Part shown: positions 1 through 14,778 of the stretch, in pieces | Layout of the letters: every line of letters begins with the position of its first letter | Numbering within the stretch: position 1 is the first letter of the stretch | Assembly: GCF_009914755.1 (NCBI RefSeq) | Contig: NC_060925.1 | From: the human T2T-CHM13v2.0 reference genome, Homo sapiens | DNA: 64,000 bases | Strand: one strand, 5' to 3' | The notes under the pieces: generated by a model | Told to the model about the DNA's origin: nothing | Database searches by the model: none | The model's input: only the letters and a program-made list of their open reading frames with translations | Position numbers and translations under genes: made by a program

Positions 1-115
1 TATACTACAAGCCTACAGTAACTAAAATAGTTTGGTACTGGTACAAAGATAGGCATATAGATGAACAGAACACAATAGAAAACCTAGAAATAAAGAATAA
101 AACCATACACTTACA
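1..115 (+). mobile_element. Old L1 ORF2 fragment
   Basis: tactacaagcctacagtaactaaaatagtttggtactggtac resembles L1 ORF2 [14 protein letters not shown]. Confidence 0.75.
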
Positions 116-1559
116 ATTAAGCTTTTTTCTTTAAATGCAAGTTGTCAGGTGGGTATTCCTCTTTGTTGATTAAACAACACTTGTAATGGATTATTGTTTT
201 AATGTTTTTTAATGAACTAAGAACTTAAAGATACATGCAAAGGTATCTGAATTTAGAATCTTGGTAAATTTTTTTATAACTATGTCTTCTATCTTTTAGA
301 TACTTCTTGTTCACTTAACTTCAGTGAAAGACCACCTCGTTCTATACAGAGGATGGCCAAGTGCTATAACCTCTACTACCTCACTGTACTTTCCTCTCAG
401 TACTTACAGACAAAACAGAGCTAACCTTAAGAAAGCCCTAAGTCAGTTGGTCCCCAGTTAAACATTATTTCTCTTAAAGATATATGTTTCAAATTGTAAA
501 TCAGCTTGTTGTTGAATAGATTCATTTTTTGTTTTTATTGTTTTTGCAGTTAACCTCCAGCTGCAAGGATCATTACTTTTGAACTATGTATTGAACTATG
601 TATGGTACATGGCAAATTTGGAGATATTTGATATTTGAAAACATAACTTTTAATCATTATTCTTCTTTCAGAAATGTGAGCAATTAGGAGTTAGAGTGAG
701 TTATACTAATACGTTTTCAGTTGTCATAATCATATAAATTAATTCAGAACTTGTAGGCTTCTAGCTGTCAAGAAAAAAAATCTGTCATATACAGTGAAGA
801 TTTTTAAAAATTATTATCTCTAATTAGTTCCCTCCTTATTGAAAAAAGTCATTATTCCAATTATAAGTCCCCTTGGTTCTAATGAACTAGGGCTAGGATT
901 CCATATGTAACATCTTGTATTTTTCTATGAAAATAGCTTAAAATATATTAACACAGAAGAATATGAAACATGAAATATGACAAAAATAGATTCAAGCCTT
1001 TCTTCTCAGGATACATTCCCAGGGCACATTTCATGAAGGTATCAAGAACAGTAAATTGTTTTTAGTGTGCTTAGGAAATGTCTGTTATCTGGTCCGAATC
1101 TGAAGTCTCTTTGTTCTTGGTGACATTTTATCATGTAAATGGGAGTGAGTCTTGCCACAGGTCTGCAAATGAAATTTTAGCCTGTTTGAGTCTCTCCTCT
1201 GAATACTGAAATTTTGTGCAGAAAAATCCTTTGCTTTTTATATAAAGGTATTTGATAAAAGATTATTATAATGTATATTTTTGTTGGTGTGTATTGTGAA
1301 ATAATTTACAAACTTTATAACATTCTGGCCTAATCATTAGTACTTTAAATATTAACTATGAATATTTGTATTATGCCTCATTAACATTATAAAGTTAACA
1401 GCCTTTAAGTTTGATAACCTGTGTGATTTCCATTTCATGTAAGTTGTATTTAGATTCTATGAGTTCTCTGCTCCCTTGCTCTTTTAGAAGATGAACAGCT
1501 TTTCTGGGAATGTTGGTTACTATACTTCTTGGGTTGAAAATCACTTATGTTTATTCATT

Positions 1560-1760
1560 CATTTTTTAAAAAATTATAAAGCATATGGACATGGAAAGAA
1601 AGTCGGGGGGAGATACAAATACAGAGAAATTGTGGAACCTCTTTTCTGGAGATTATTAAAAGTAGGATAAATCACTATCAGTCTCATTTGTTAAAAGCAG
1701 TCACCTGCCAAAGAGGGCAGTGCCTGGAGGTCCTCCTAGCTTCTTGGTAATCCTCTACTC
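1560..1760 (+). mobile_element. Possible CR1/L3 3' fragment
   Basis: ttgtggaacctcttttctggagattattaaaagtaggata resembles the CR1 3' end. Confidence 0.35.
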
Positions 1761-3484
1761 TGATACATGTTCAACAGTCTTTGACATTGGCTGGTTTGGG
1801 TCCAGGGCAATGCTTTTGTTCAGGATACAGGGTTTATCACAGAATATGTTTATGAAATTGCAGCAGAGCTGAGTGTTAAGGGCAAACAAAACATAAGAAA
1901 AAGATAAACAGGGTATCTTCTACTGAGATTATTTATGACTGATCTTGCCTTTGCAGGCTGACTGGAAGATGACAATGAGATCTTGTATATTTTTAATCAA
2001 AATAAACACAAGGCCGAGAGGAATTTAAATTATTTAATGAGGAGAGATTAAAACAGGAGGCTGACTTCTGATTATTCTGGACTATTTTCTAATTGGCAAA
2101 ACTGTCCAAGTTAAGCCTTATCAATGATCCTTTTGGCCACCTCTGTCTTGATCATCACCTTGCTGGGATGGTTAGGAAAAGAAGAAATCCTGACATCTCT
2201 TCTTTTCACTAGCTACCAATTAAAAATTCCGCATAGGAGAAAGGGGAAATCTTAAAACGGGAGTTGAGGGTTGCTGTTTATTTCCTACAATACTGCTACT
2301 GTCTCTTCTATTATTGCCCCTGTTATCTTTGCCCCAATTTTTAAATCTTTGCCTTCCTTGTTTCATCAATGCGGCCACCTGAGCTCCCATGGAAAGGCTC
2401 AGTTCTGTTTTAGAACCAATCTGTACCTAGGCAGACAGTATTCAAACAGCCTCAGTCACTTTTTAATCCAGTCTTTTTCAATGAAATTGAGAATGGCTCA
2501 CTGTCTTGGATCCTAGAGCCTGGGATTCTTCTGGTTTATATCTTTGGAACTTCCTTTACCTCTTTCCTGGATAGCTCCTACATGTTCTCCTAAGATGCAA
2601 AATTCAATACAGGCATTATCTCTTTGGGGGACTCACTTCCCATCCCCTCATCCAGTCCCTCCTCTTTGCTCCATAACATGCGATTTATCTCTACCGTTCT
2701 TCTCTCACCACGTTGACATCACATATTTTATTTATCCACTCTATACAGTAAACCTAAATCCGGGACCAGGCCTGTCTATCTCCTGTGCTTGGCACAGAGC
2801 AGGCATTCATTAGACACTTGGAAGATAATTACAGGTTGACACAGTCTGAAGCCACCCTAGACTCATAATTTTCTGACACCAATTCCCAGGTCTGGCTTTC
2901 TGTTTAGGCTCCTCTTTTCCTGTCTTCATTTGGTCAGGCATTTTCCTAAACCTGGAGTCTTGGCTTTTAGAGCCTCACTAAGGTTTAGCAGATTGTCCAG
3001 AGGACAATCATCTGCCTGCTGGACTATAGTAGTACTCTTGGGACTCCCAACTACTGCATTCCCTCCATAGATCTAGCACTCAGAGTTGCCCTACAGAGCT
3101 AGACTTGCCTTGCTTTCAGACATAGTGCTGAGCATGATTTGGATCCTCTGCTGTCTCAGGGCCTGCCTGGTGAAAAGCTATTCTCTGTACTCTGTGTTGA
3201 TGCTTTAATCTTAGAGCTGAGGAGTGAATATTTATGAAGAATTTACTTTAGGTAGGGCTTTTGCTTACTTTATTATTATATCATCAAATTTAATCCTCAC
3301 TTAATGTTATTGATGAGAAAAACAGAGATTAGGTAAATTGTACCAAATCATACAGCTATTGTTTCAGAGTCTAAATTTTAACCTCTGATAAGACTGAAGT
3401 CTTAACCGATATTCTGTAGAGCCCAAGAGAGGGAACCTTTAAGAATATTACCTCAGGGAAGCTGACAGGAGAAAGTTCATTGTT

Positions 3485-3515
<31 letters not shown>
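3485..3515. repeat. (TA)n microsatellite
   Basis: Read directly from the sequence. Confidence 0.9.
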
Positions 3516-3896
3516 GGATTTCAAGTTCTAAAGTTGGCCATTTAAAAGACTTATTCACAGTATTCCCCATATATATATAAATATATATATATTTAACTTT
3601 TATTTTAAGTTCAGGGCCTGCTATATTTTTTCATCCATCTTTGGTGATCATTTAGAATATTGCTAAGGGTATATTTCAGAAGAACTAGAAAAGAAAATAG
3701 CTGTTTTTCAAAACTTTCAAGGTGTTTTCTTGGTTGATTCTGATTAGCACTGAAATTTTTTTAACTCAAATTTTCTTTAACAAAGAACATTTTGTCAAAA
3801 TATTTACAACAAATAAAGTCGCTTTCTTTGTTTGTATCTATCTCATTTGCATATTATTGATCTGCTTAAAAATTTGACTAATTTACTTCTCTGAAC

Positions 3897-4062
3897 AGGC
3901 TACATAATTTTCAGATCTCAATGAAAAAAATGAAAGTAGAGTCTCTTGTTTAAAAATGGGGGTGTGGACAATTTCAAGACAGCAACAGCAGAACATTAAG
4001 TCATGCAGGAAGTCACCCTAAGTACAGCATCCTTTGCAACTGCTTGGGTTGCACAACTTGAT
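3897..4062. mobile_element. MER45A-like hAT MITE
   Basis: ggctacataattt...aaaatgaaa...tttcaagacagcaacagcagaacattaa. Confidence 0.6.
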
Positions 4063-5699
4063 GTCATAAACACATTTATAAATATTCCTGAAAATGTTCT
4101 TAATAGAGAAGTGATCAAAATCATAATAAAATGAAATGCTGATAGTGAAAAAATATATATGTAATTGTCTTTGTTTCCTCTAATTTGATTACAATTTGGG
4201 TAGAAACATGTTTGTAGTTAGATAATAGTGAAGAGACACCACAGGCTCTTAAACTATAGTTTACATTTTGCTAGAGCTTAGGAAAATGATTTGAGTCATT
4301 TATATCTTATACTTAGGAAATAGGTCAAAGGAAGAAAAGCAATTTGAAACTTTTGTTTCTACCTCACTCCCTGCCTATTTTATTATGAAAAAAATCATGA
4401 AATGCCTCTACGAAGCCTCTGTTAATTGTGACCAAAATTCAAGCATATGAAGAACATTACTGGAAAGAAAATACAACCCATTATAACCTCTTTGTTACGT
4501 GAATGCTGCATATACTCTGTGATTTGCATACAAGTTATTCATGGACAGAAATTAGGTTTTATTTTGATTTAGTAATGTGAATTTGTCACATAATGAAAGA
4601 GAGCTTATACCAGCAATTTTACAAGTAAAAGTGTCTTTAGAAGAGAAAAAGTGACCAGAAACAGTGAAGAATCCATTATTAGTCTAGTTTAAATACTATT
4701 TCCAAGACTGATATTTAAACACATTATGTATTTTCAGCCCAGTGAAGAACCATTAGAGGATGAATAATATATTTATTGTGTATTTAAAATGTATCACGTA
4801 TCTCCAAGCAGTAAAATGTATTATTATTGTGTATTTCAGTCAACCAATTAATGCCTACATTTGTATATTACAATGTCAGAGAATTAGTAAGCTGGATGGA
4901 GACTTGGTTTGGTAAATGCTGTAGGTTTGGTTCTCTTGGTGTGATTTTGACAAATAAAACCAAGTTTTTGGTTTTTTTTTTTAACTGGATTTGTAGGAAA
5001 ACAAGATAGCTTGCTCCATTATTATTGCTTTCCTAGAGGCAATTTTGCAGCTATGATTATAAATAAACTTCTATTATCAAGTCTTATTTCCCAAAAGACA
5101 GGGGGAAAAAATCTATCATCGATTCTCCTTTGTGTTAGTTTCATAGTTTCTGGCAATATGTAAACCTTAAGAGTTCATGCTATCTGTTTAGACTTTTTAA
5201 AGCTTATCTTGACTTTCTAGAAGATTTCTTTTGTGTTCTACATATTTTTCTTCAAGGAAATTTATACTGTAGGAGATATAAAAATAGACTAGGGAAACAG
5301 CAAATCAAGTTAATCAACACTTATTGACCACTATGCACAAGGATATAGGATAATTGTAGAAATTGAAAGAAGTATAAAATATAGCTTTATGCCATCTAGG
5401 AATTTACAATCTGCTAAAGAAATCAAAATTTGAAATATAATTATATACATTCACTGATTCTTTTACACAATTATTAAACAAATATTTACCAAGCAACTAA
5501 TAGGTTCCAAGATCTGTGTTCAATGTTGGTAATTTAATGGTGAATAAAATTGCATATAATTCCTAGCCTCACCAAGCTTATGGTCTAGTGAAAAAGACTG
5601 GCAATCAAATAATCAACAAGAAACATAAAACTGCCACTAGGATAAAAGCTGTGAGAAAGATCACCATGATGCTATGCCTAAAAGAGGGTAACTTGATCT

Positions 5700-6610
<911 letters not shown>

Positions 6611-7057
6611 TATATATCCATGGTCATGGAGGTTGGAAGAGAATCACTGAGGAATTGATCACTTGGCTTACAACCTGAGAATCTGAGTAGGTGTTAGTCA
6701 AGTAAAGAGAGGAAGAAATAATAATTATAGTATTAGCTGTAGTAGTAACAATTACATATAATGCTTACTATGGATTAAGTGGCTTACAAATATTAACTCT
6801 CAATCTTTATAACTGCCCTGCAAGGTAGGTAAAATTATTATTTCCACTTTAGAAATAAGAAGCTGGGGTACAGAGGGAGATTTCTGGGGAGAGGAAATCT
6901 AGGTGTAAGGAAATAGCAGGTATAAGAGCTTTCTGGCTGGAGGAAATGCAGTGAGGACACATGAAAAGAGGGTATGTCAGGAACTGAGTTAGGGAATATG
7001 GTGGAATGGAAGCCTAGAGAAAATGGCCAGGGACCAGGTGACTAGGAGACTTATTTG

Positions 7058-7170
7058 TAGAGTGACCACATATTCCTGATTCTTCAGGACACTCCTGCTT
7101 TATGTCTGTTTTTCTGGAGTAATTAAGTCAACCCTCTTTTATTCTCAAAGGAGGTTTTCCAGTCTGGGTA
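7058..7170. mobile_element. MER94-like hAT-Blackjack MITE
   Basis: tagagtgacca terminus; a second copy in the opposite orientation at ~31385-31477 ends atggtcaccct. Confidence 0.55.
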
Positions 7171-7179
7171 GTGGGAATA

Positions 7180-7685
7180 GAGTCTATCCCTGGACCTGTG
7201 TCAGCCCTGGGCACTGTTGCCACTAATTGTCTCTGTTGGTCCATTTCCCAATCAGTAGTAGTTTCTTCAGATGGACCCGCTGATCAATGCGCTGCTGAGT
7301 CATCCAGGGGAACCCCCTGCATATCTCTGCTGTTCTTTCTTTGCACAGTTTTCTTGTCTTTGCTAATCTATTTTATGAACTATAGCCACCTCGCTTTCTC
7401 CAGACTCTCAACTATGTCTTCTCAAGAAAGGTAGTTTGCCTAGGTCTGTCTGAATTTCCCCTTTTATATCATGGCCTGGAAACTCTCTAAAGATAATAAA
7501 CTGGGGCAATTGTAGGGCTCATCGAATTTGTTCTCATCGCCTAGGAACTATTGTCCTTCATTGCCTGATGTCCAATTTCATTTGTTGAAAATTAATGCTT
7601 CATACATTTAACCCATTTTGAGATTGTCTCAGGTAAGAGTAATCCAGTCCCTGTTACTCCATATTGGATGCATGAAGAAATCCCT
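7180..7685 (-). mobile_element. Old L1M 5' region
   Basis: ctggggcaattgtagggctca...ttgcctgatgtccaa...gtccctgttactccat. Confidence 0.55.
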
Positions 7686-8369
7686 AAGGAGCTATTTTAA
7701 AATGTAGATTTGTGGTATCGAGAGATTCTGATTCAGTAATTCTGGAGGGGATATCTGTAATAAATTCTTTTTAAAAGCCTCAGTGTGACTCTTAGGTTAC
7801 CAGGATATTTAATCACTTGTCTAGATAATTAATTCAATAAAGTTCAAGGTCTAAGAAGGCTTTATGAAGAGAGTACACTTCGAATTAGATTTTAAGAATG
7901 GATTGAATTTGGCGGGCACATGCTCTGTGCCAGGTGCCAGTGGATGAGCAAATGTTTGAGGAATGGATAAATTGTTTGATCCTCCCCTGTTTGCTTAGAA
8001 AACTTCTATTTCACGTTTTAGGTTTATACCTCTCTATAGCTTTCTCTTTCTTCCCCAGACAGAATGTAAAATGTACAGCTTTTTGCCTTTGTTGTGATAG
8101 TTCACACATTGTCATCATCAAATTTACATGTACCTTATATCATAGTTATTTTGTTTCTTCCACTAACCTGTATGTTGCTTTGGAGTAATTAATTTATTTT
8201 TGACCCCCAGTGCCTAGCACAGTGGTTAGAATAGCTAGGTACTCAAAAATATTTATTGATCTGAGCTGTTGCTCCTCTTTTAATATTTACAAGTAAGTCG
8301 TAAGTAACTATTCCAATGTAAAAGTCATTTCCAACCTGGGTGTTTTAAATAGTGAATTGAGAGGCACAA

Positions 8370-8865
8370 TAGTATATTAAACTATTTATTGTTATATAAA
8401 ACATCACCCCAAAACTTTGTGGCTTAGCAAAACAAACATTTATTATACTGCAGTTTCTATAGGTCAAGAATCTTGGAATGGCTTAGCTGGATCCCCTGGC
8501 TTAGGGAGTATCTCTCAGAAGACTGCAGTAAAAGTGTCGGGTGAGGCTGTAGCCATGTCAGTGAGTGTTTGGAAGATAATCCACTTCCATGCTTCTTCAC
8601 ATGGACTTTGGCAGGCTTTAAGTGCATACTTGCTGCTATCCAGAGGCATCAAAGTTACCATGTGTTTCTATCCATAGGGCAGTTCACAACAAGGCACCTG
8701 AGGGAGAGGTCAAGAGAGTATAAGACAAAATCATAATCTTGTTGTAACCTATTCTTGGAAGTGACATTTTATAACTTTTGTATATTTTAGTTGTTAGAAA
8801 TAAGTCATTAATTATGTCAACCCCAAACTCAAGGGAACTACTTAGCCTCATGTAGAAGCAATACC
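8370..8865 (-). mobile_element. MLT1-family MaLR LTR
   Basis: ccccaaaactttgtggcttagcaaaacaaacatttatta...gtcaagaatcttggaatggcttagctgg. Confidence 0.65.
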
Positions 8866-8897
8866 ACTTATATTTTATCCAAGACAATATCAAATAT

Positions 8898-8939
8898 ATA
8901 GAGAGATGGATTCATAGAGAGATGGATTCATAGAGAGAT
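8898..8939. repeat. 16-bp tandem repeat, ~2.6 copies
   Basis: Unit atagagagatggattc. Confidence 0.85.
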
Positions 8940-11874
8940 TACTTGTTATGTCTCGAAGATATGGACTCCATTACCCCAGGAAACTTAGCATGATGCTATA
9001 CTCATGTTTTGGCCTCATCTTCATCTAGGAGCAAACATGGCCTGGCAAGTAGATATGGTAGCAATGCTATTCTCCAAAAAGTAACAACTCTTTTCTGTGG
9101 AACAATGATTTTCAATATGTATTCTCTGATGTCTAAGGTTCCAGTGGTACCTTGGAAGTCATGCAGGGAACAAGAAACGGGTGCTGGGTTATGCCCCCTA
9201 CTATTAGGTGCCACCTAGCTCTACTCTGTCATAGTACTCAGGTTGAGTTCTGAGTTCATTGAATAAAAGTGTGAAAATATTTGAAACTTTTGCAAAACTT
9301 GGCTCCAAGAGCAATGGTTTTTGACCATAGCATAGCATAGCAGTTTAGTCATATGAGCTCTGGAGCAAGCCTGCATAGTGTGTTTGTATACAGGTTCTGC
9401 CATTTCCTAGCCATGTGTTGGGTTATAGAAGTCTGGGTTTGAGTCCCATCTGCAATTATATCTTGTTCATTTCTGTTTCTGAAGCCAAAACTACTTGGGC
9501 GCATGTGATATTGTGCTTCTTTTTATTTTTATTGTAGGCTTCTATTATTTAGCCACCCTGTATTTACCTTAACATGGTTTAATATAACCAACGGAATGGT
9601 TGATACATTTACCACCATTATGCTTACTATTTTCCTTCCCAATAATAGGTTTCTGACTAGATGATGTGTGTTCTTCATTTTGATAAACTCTTCCTCAGAA
9701 AGAAAATTATCCATAATCCGTTTCTGTATCTGTCAAAGCATAGTGTTTCATAACCAGTTAAACATTTTTACAACTGTGGAAGCACCAATTTCATGGAATC
9801 ACTTATTCTAAAATTTTTGCAGACCAACATTTTCAATTTTATTGTTAAATAGTCTGTAAGGTACAACTGATTACACACATCTGCTGTCCTAAAATAAATT
9901 AAGAAAGTATCTTGCAATATATTAAATAGTCAGTTTTCTGGTTTTATTAATGAAGGAGTTCCAAAAAAGGCACACACTTCATATTCTACACATGTACTTG
10001 CAACAAGATTAACCCTTGAGCCCAAGATTTAATTGTTAATGTTGTCTTTTTTGTTTTATATTCCAGCTGCTTGATACTCATTAACCAATGACATAACGTT
10101 TAGAATTTTTATTACTTAGTCTGTGTAAGACGCAAAATCTTTGTGTCCCTTCTTATGTCTTATTAGATGACTCCAACTCACCTTTTGAGTGTAATTTAGA
10201 AGTTGATTTTTCAAGTAGAGGCAAATCACTTTGGTTTTCAAAATACTTTTGGCAGAAGATATTTTTTCTGAAAAAAGAGAGGAACAGGTGAGTTGAGTAG
10301 GGGGGAGGAAAGTCATGAAAAAAACTGTTGTCAGATGCTACTTTCATTCCTCTGTAATGTGAGGTTGAAGATAGGTGCAATGTGAGGAGGAATGTGAGAA
10401 GGAGGGAGTTTAACTTGTACTCCAGTTTCCAAGTTTGAGCAGTTGCAATGTAGTGAAAACTGTGGGGCCTGTGGCAATTTATATAAATAAATCCCTAAAA
10501 CAGAATTTTGGCTTTTAAAATGCATAGAACATGATGTGGTCATAGCATCATGAACATTGAAAGCCTGTTTTCTCAGCCAGGGACTTTAAAATAAGAGCTC
10601 CACATAAGAGAATGATGGGGGAAAAATGTATACATCTAATGAAGCAAATAGCACAGCAAGATGATGGTTAACTGAACAACACAGAAAATCTGCCTTTCTT
10701 TTCTTACAAATATCTCTTTGGTGGGCTCCCTTGACAGGCATTCTTTTGTTCTCTGCTTCTTAGATGAGTCTTTTCTTTCGCTTTCTGGCTCCCTTCCTCC
10801 CCAGTTTTAAACCATAAATATCCTACAAATATCTCCTCTTACTTTAGTGAAAGGATGTTACTTGCTAGTTTCAATTATTACCTCTATAAAATGATATCAC
10901 TTGTATCTTCAGCCTTGCCCTCATCTCACTTCTCCTCCCTCTCTCTATCCATCAGCTTTTCTGCTTGTATTCTCATCACTTCCTGAGAAGTGATGCTAAA
11001 TTTATATAACTGATGAAATTATTTTATATACATAAGTTAGTGTGTGTCTCTAAGTTTTATTTCCATGACTTTTTAGAGCTTCCTTTTAATTTCTTTTATG
11101 ATATTATCTTGTGGAATCATCTTCTGTGTAATTTTAAGATCCAATTTAATTTTAACCTGTGATAATAAGAGAAAGATCACATAAAAAGACCTCATTTCTG
11201 TGACAGCCTGAAGAAACTATTTTCCAATAGATTTTTGTACTCAAATACTTAATTAGAGATATGTCAAGAAAATAATAGTCATTACAAAAATATTCAACCA
11301 ATGTTATAACTGAAAAACTCTGTAATCACATGACATAGAGAAATCTCAGCTAACGTTTGTAATGGTTGTCAAGGAGTGGAGATTATATAAATATATAAAT
11401 TAAAAATAGAAAAGCCTATAGAAATTAGAGCATAGAGTCAAAAAAGGGCGTGGTAACTCTAAAGCAAATGTTACCATCTAAAATGCTTTCTAAGCAATAT
11501 AAGCCTTCAATACAAATGGGTAAACAATTCCTGGTAATTTTAATTGACATAGCTTTCAGTTCATTTGTTTGAAACCTTGAGAATTATGTTCAAATCTTGA
11601 TTGAGAGATTGACCCCAATGGAAACAGTTTGTGGTGTTGAATAAGAGCACAGTTCTGCCAAGGGTAACCAAAATAAACTAGCTATTACAAGTAATTAAGA
11701 GACAAAAATTCAAGGTGATTTTCCTACTTTGTAAGTTCATGAAGTAAACAAAGTTTTATCTTCATGTTCATCTCCCCTTGTAGGCATCCTCTTTTATAGT
11801 CATTTGTTGACCATTTCTTCTCATCTTTACTTATCACCAGCCTCCCATATGTTGTCATTCTGACTAATTCTACC

Positions 11875-12154
11875 TTTTTTTTTTTTTTTTTGTCATGGAG
11901 TCTCACTCTGTTGCCCAGGCTGGAGTGCAGTGGCACCATCTCGGCTCACGGCAACCTCCACCTCCCAGGTTCAAGCAATTCTTCTGCTTCAACCTCCTGA
12001 GTATCTGGGAGTACAGGTGCACATCGCCACGCCCAGCTAATTTTTTGTATTTTAGTAGAGATGGGGTTTCACCATGTTGTCCAGGCTGGTCTAAAACTCC
12101 TCAGCTCAGGCAGTCTGCCCACCTCGGCCTCCCAAAGTGCTAGGATCACAGGCA
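11875..12154 (-). mobile_element. AluS with an aberrant 5' end
   Basis: Alu dimer after a T-tract; TSD attctacc at 11867-11874 and 12167-12174. Confidence 0.92.
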
Positions 12155-12512
12155 CTTTGCTGGGCGATTCTACCATCTTAATATATCTGAAATCCATTCT
12201 CCATCTCCAGGCCAACACTACTACCTCAGCTCATTTTATTCTTATCTCTTAAAAACAAAACAAAACAAAACTTACTGCAGGATGTTACTCACTGATTACC
12301 TGTTTCCAGTCTTGTTCTTTCTTCAATCCATTCAATCCATACAGTTTTCCTAGAAAGATCCTTCTAAGATGCAAATTAAACATGTTTTACTCTTTCTTAA
12401 AGTCTCTTGGTGCATCTCTATATGGAAAAATTGCTAAAATTCTCATTTTAATATATAAGACTCTGCAAGACCCTTAACATATGACTTAGAATATGTTTAA
12501 CTTTTTTTTTCA

Positions 12513-12721
12513 GTCAAGTGCAAACAATTATATAATCATGGTCCTTTTTACAAATATGCTGGTAATATGACTATCACTGAACAACCTTTGAAAAGCTGTC
12601 TCCACAATAGAACTTTCTGCAATGGGAAGGAATTACTAGCTGGCCCCAAATAATGCCACATAAGACAAAAAGCAGCATGGGTGCCTTTTGGTGCCTTTGT
12701 GCTCTCATAAACCTGAGTTTA
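12513..12721 (+). repeat. Donor copy of a ~209-bp local duplication
   Basis: Aligns by eye, with scattered mismatches, to 13788-13996. Confidence 0.9.
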
Positions 12722-13052
12722 AACTTAAGTGTTTTTCCTTACAAGCTGTAAACCTCTGAGCTTCACTGTCCTTATCTTTAAAATGCGGCTATTAATAACA
12801 ATTCAGTATGATTGTTGTGAACATTAAATGAAATAGATATTCTTGGCCCACTAGCACACATTTTTTTTTTTGCCTTCTAATGCTTCATTCAAAATAACAA
12901 GAATCAAAAGGCAAGTGGTAAAGATTTGATCAATGCAAAGACAATATCAGCCGAGGGCAAAGGTGGCTGGGAAATAGGGAAAAGATACAAAACAGGACTA
13001 TCAGTTGCCAAAGAAGGTAGATCCAGTATTGGAGGAAGTCTAAGAAAAACAC

Positions 13053-13080
13053 GTGTGTGTGTGTGTTTGTGTGTGTGTGT
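13053..13080. repeat. (TG)n microsatellite
   Basis: Read directly from the sequence. Confidence 0.9.
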
Positions 13081-13787
13081 TTCTAGTAGCAGGAGTAGAA
13101 GTAGTAGTCTTAGATGAAATCAATCAAGGATATGTAGAGCAAAATATCTATAGCTATCACTTCTGGAATATTTATTCTTATATACTAAGCATTGTGCTAA
13201 GTGCTTTACATGTATTAATTAATACAAAAGAATTACAGGAAACAAAGGAGAACAAAAGGAAACACAAATGTCAGTGAGGAAAAGCAACACTTAAGAGATG
13301 AACCGAAAAAGCCATTTCTATGGAGGAATAATAATAAGTAGGCAGAGAGGTAGAAAGAAAACTCGAAAATTGTGGTGTCAAGCAATCTAAGGGAGAATAA
13401 AATCTTAAGGAAGAAGTAGACAATAGTAACAAATGCTGGATAAACAGTCAAATAAGGAAAAGGTCATAATTTGGTCTTGAGGTCTCCCTCACAAGAGGAC
13501 TATAAATATTAGTCCTGCCCTGACAGGGCTTCAAGATAAAGCTACTTCTTTATCTTGGCAGATAGCCAAATACCTAAGTGTCCAATTTGTGACCAGTTGC
13601 TTCTCTCACAGGAAACTTGTTGATATTTACAGACCTCCTTGTGGCTCTTATCTGACCTGTGTCCAGTATTTTCCTACAAGGAGGGTCACTCTTTAGGAGA
13701 GCCCTGACTTAGAAAACAGGCTCAATATGTCAGTCAGGTGAGATACAGAGGAGGCAACTCAACAAAGCACATGAAATAACAGAAGCT

Positions 13788-13996
13788 GTCAACTGCAAAC
13801 AGTAACATAGTCATGATCCTTTTTACAAATATGCTGCCAATATGATGATCACTGAAATACCTTTGAAAAGCTATCTGCTCAATAGGACTTTCTGCGGCGG
13901 GAAGGAATTACTAGCTGGTCCCAAATAAAACCACATAAGACAAAAAGAAGCATGTGTGCTTTTTGGTGCCTTTGTGCTCCCATAAACCTGAGTTTA
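13788..13996 (+). repeat. Derived copy of the ~209-bp local duplication, inside MER74
   Basis: gtcaactgcaaac...cataaacctgagttta. Confidence 0.9.
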
Positions 13997-14334
13997 TAAG
14001 ATAAACTTACAGATCTCAGAAAGAAGAGGGCAGCACACCTTACAGGGCCAGTGGGAAGTGGGGCCAGGGACAGTTCAGGACACATACACTCAACCAGCAC
14101 GTGGGGAGCAAGAGAGAGAAAGAGAGACCATTATGCTAAAGCTTTTATTGGGTTCCAATAAGGATCCAACAGTTACACAAGTGGGTTTCCTGAGGGAAGT
14201 TCTAATTAATGGCTTTAGAGTAAGCAGGCACTAGCTCTGTGGGGCCTTGCTGTGATTGAGAGGGATCACTGCTGCTTATCTGCTGCTCAGTTGTGCTAGG
14301 TGTGAGCATCAGAGGAGCAAGCCAAGTAGATTAT

Positions 14335-14778
14335 TGTAGGAGATCGATCAGAGTGGTGGGAGAAACTATAGGGAAAGGAGCAGACCTTCTGAAAGGTCAG
14401 AAGGCTCTGCATACCTTCGGGGAAGAATAAGCTGAAGTCAGCTGTTCTCTGACACTGAGGCAGAGGGCAAGGAGTAGGTACAAGTAAGTGTGGGGGAATT
14501 AATCTTAAACAGGCTTGTTTATTTATGTTGACCAGGAACTGACCTTTGATCATCCGCATGCATGAGTTTCTGTGAAAGGGGAACAATAAATGTTACTTAC
14601 CCACAGACTGTGTTTGCTCCAGGCTTTTGGAGTTATGTCTACACTGAATAAAAGCAAGCAGCTTGCACTTTGGCCACTAGAGCCCTGCAGACCCCTAGCT
14701 GCTCTTACACTGCATACCTGTGTCTGAGTACTCCCCTTTCATCCATCGCTCAGCCAGGTCTGTGGGACGGACCTGGTG
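14335..14778 (+). mobile_element. LTR22 (HERV-K HML-5) solo LTR nested in MER74
   Basis: Begins TGTAGGAGATCGATCAGAGTGGTGGGAG, has an internal AATAAA, and is flanked by a 5-bp TSD ATTAT (14330-14334 / 14779-14783). Confidence 0.8.

Noticed and set aside
9480-9888. Minus-strand acceptor (tttcttaatttattttag|G at 9888) followed by short ORFs, suggesting a hidden antisense exon or pseudogene
   Set aside because: All three frames contain multiple stops at roughly the density expected for AT-rich DNA, and no protein is recognisable
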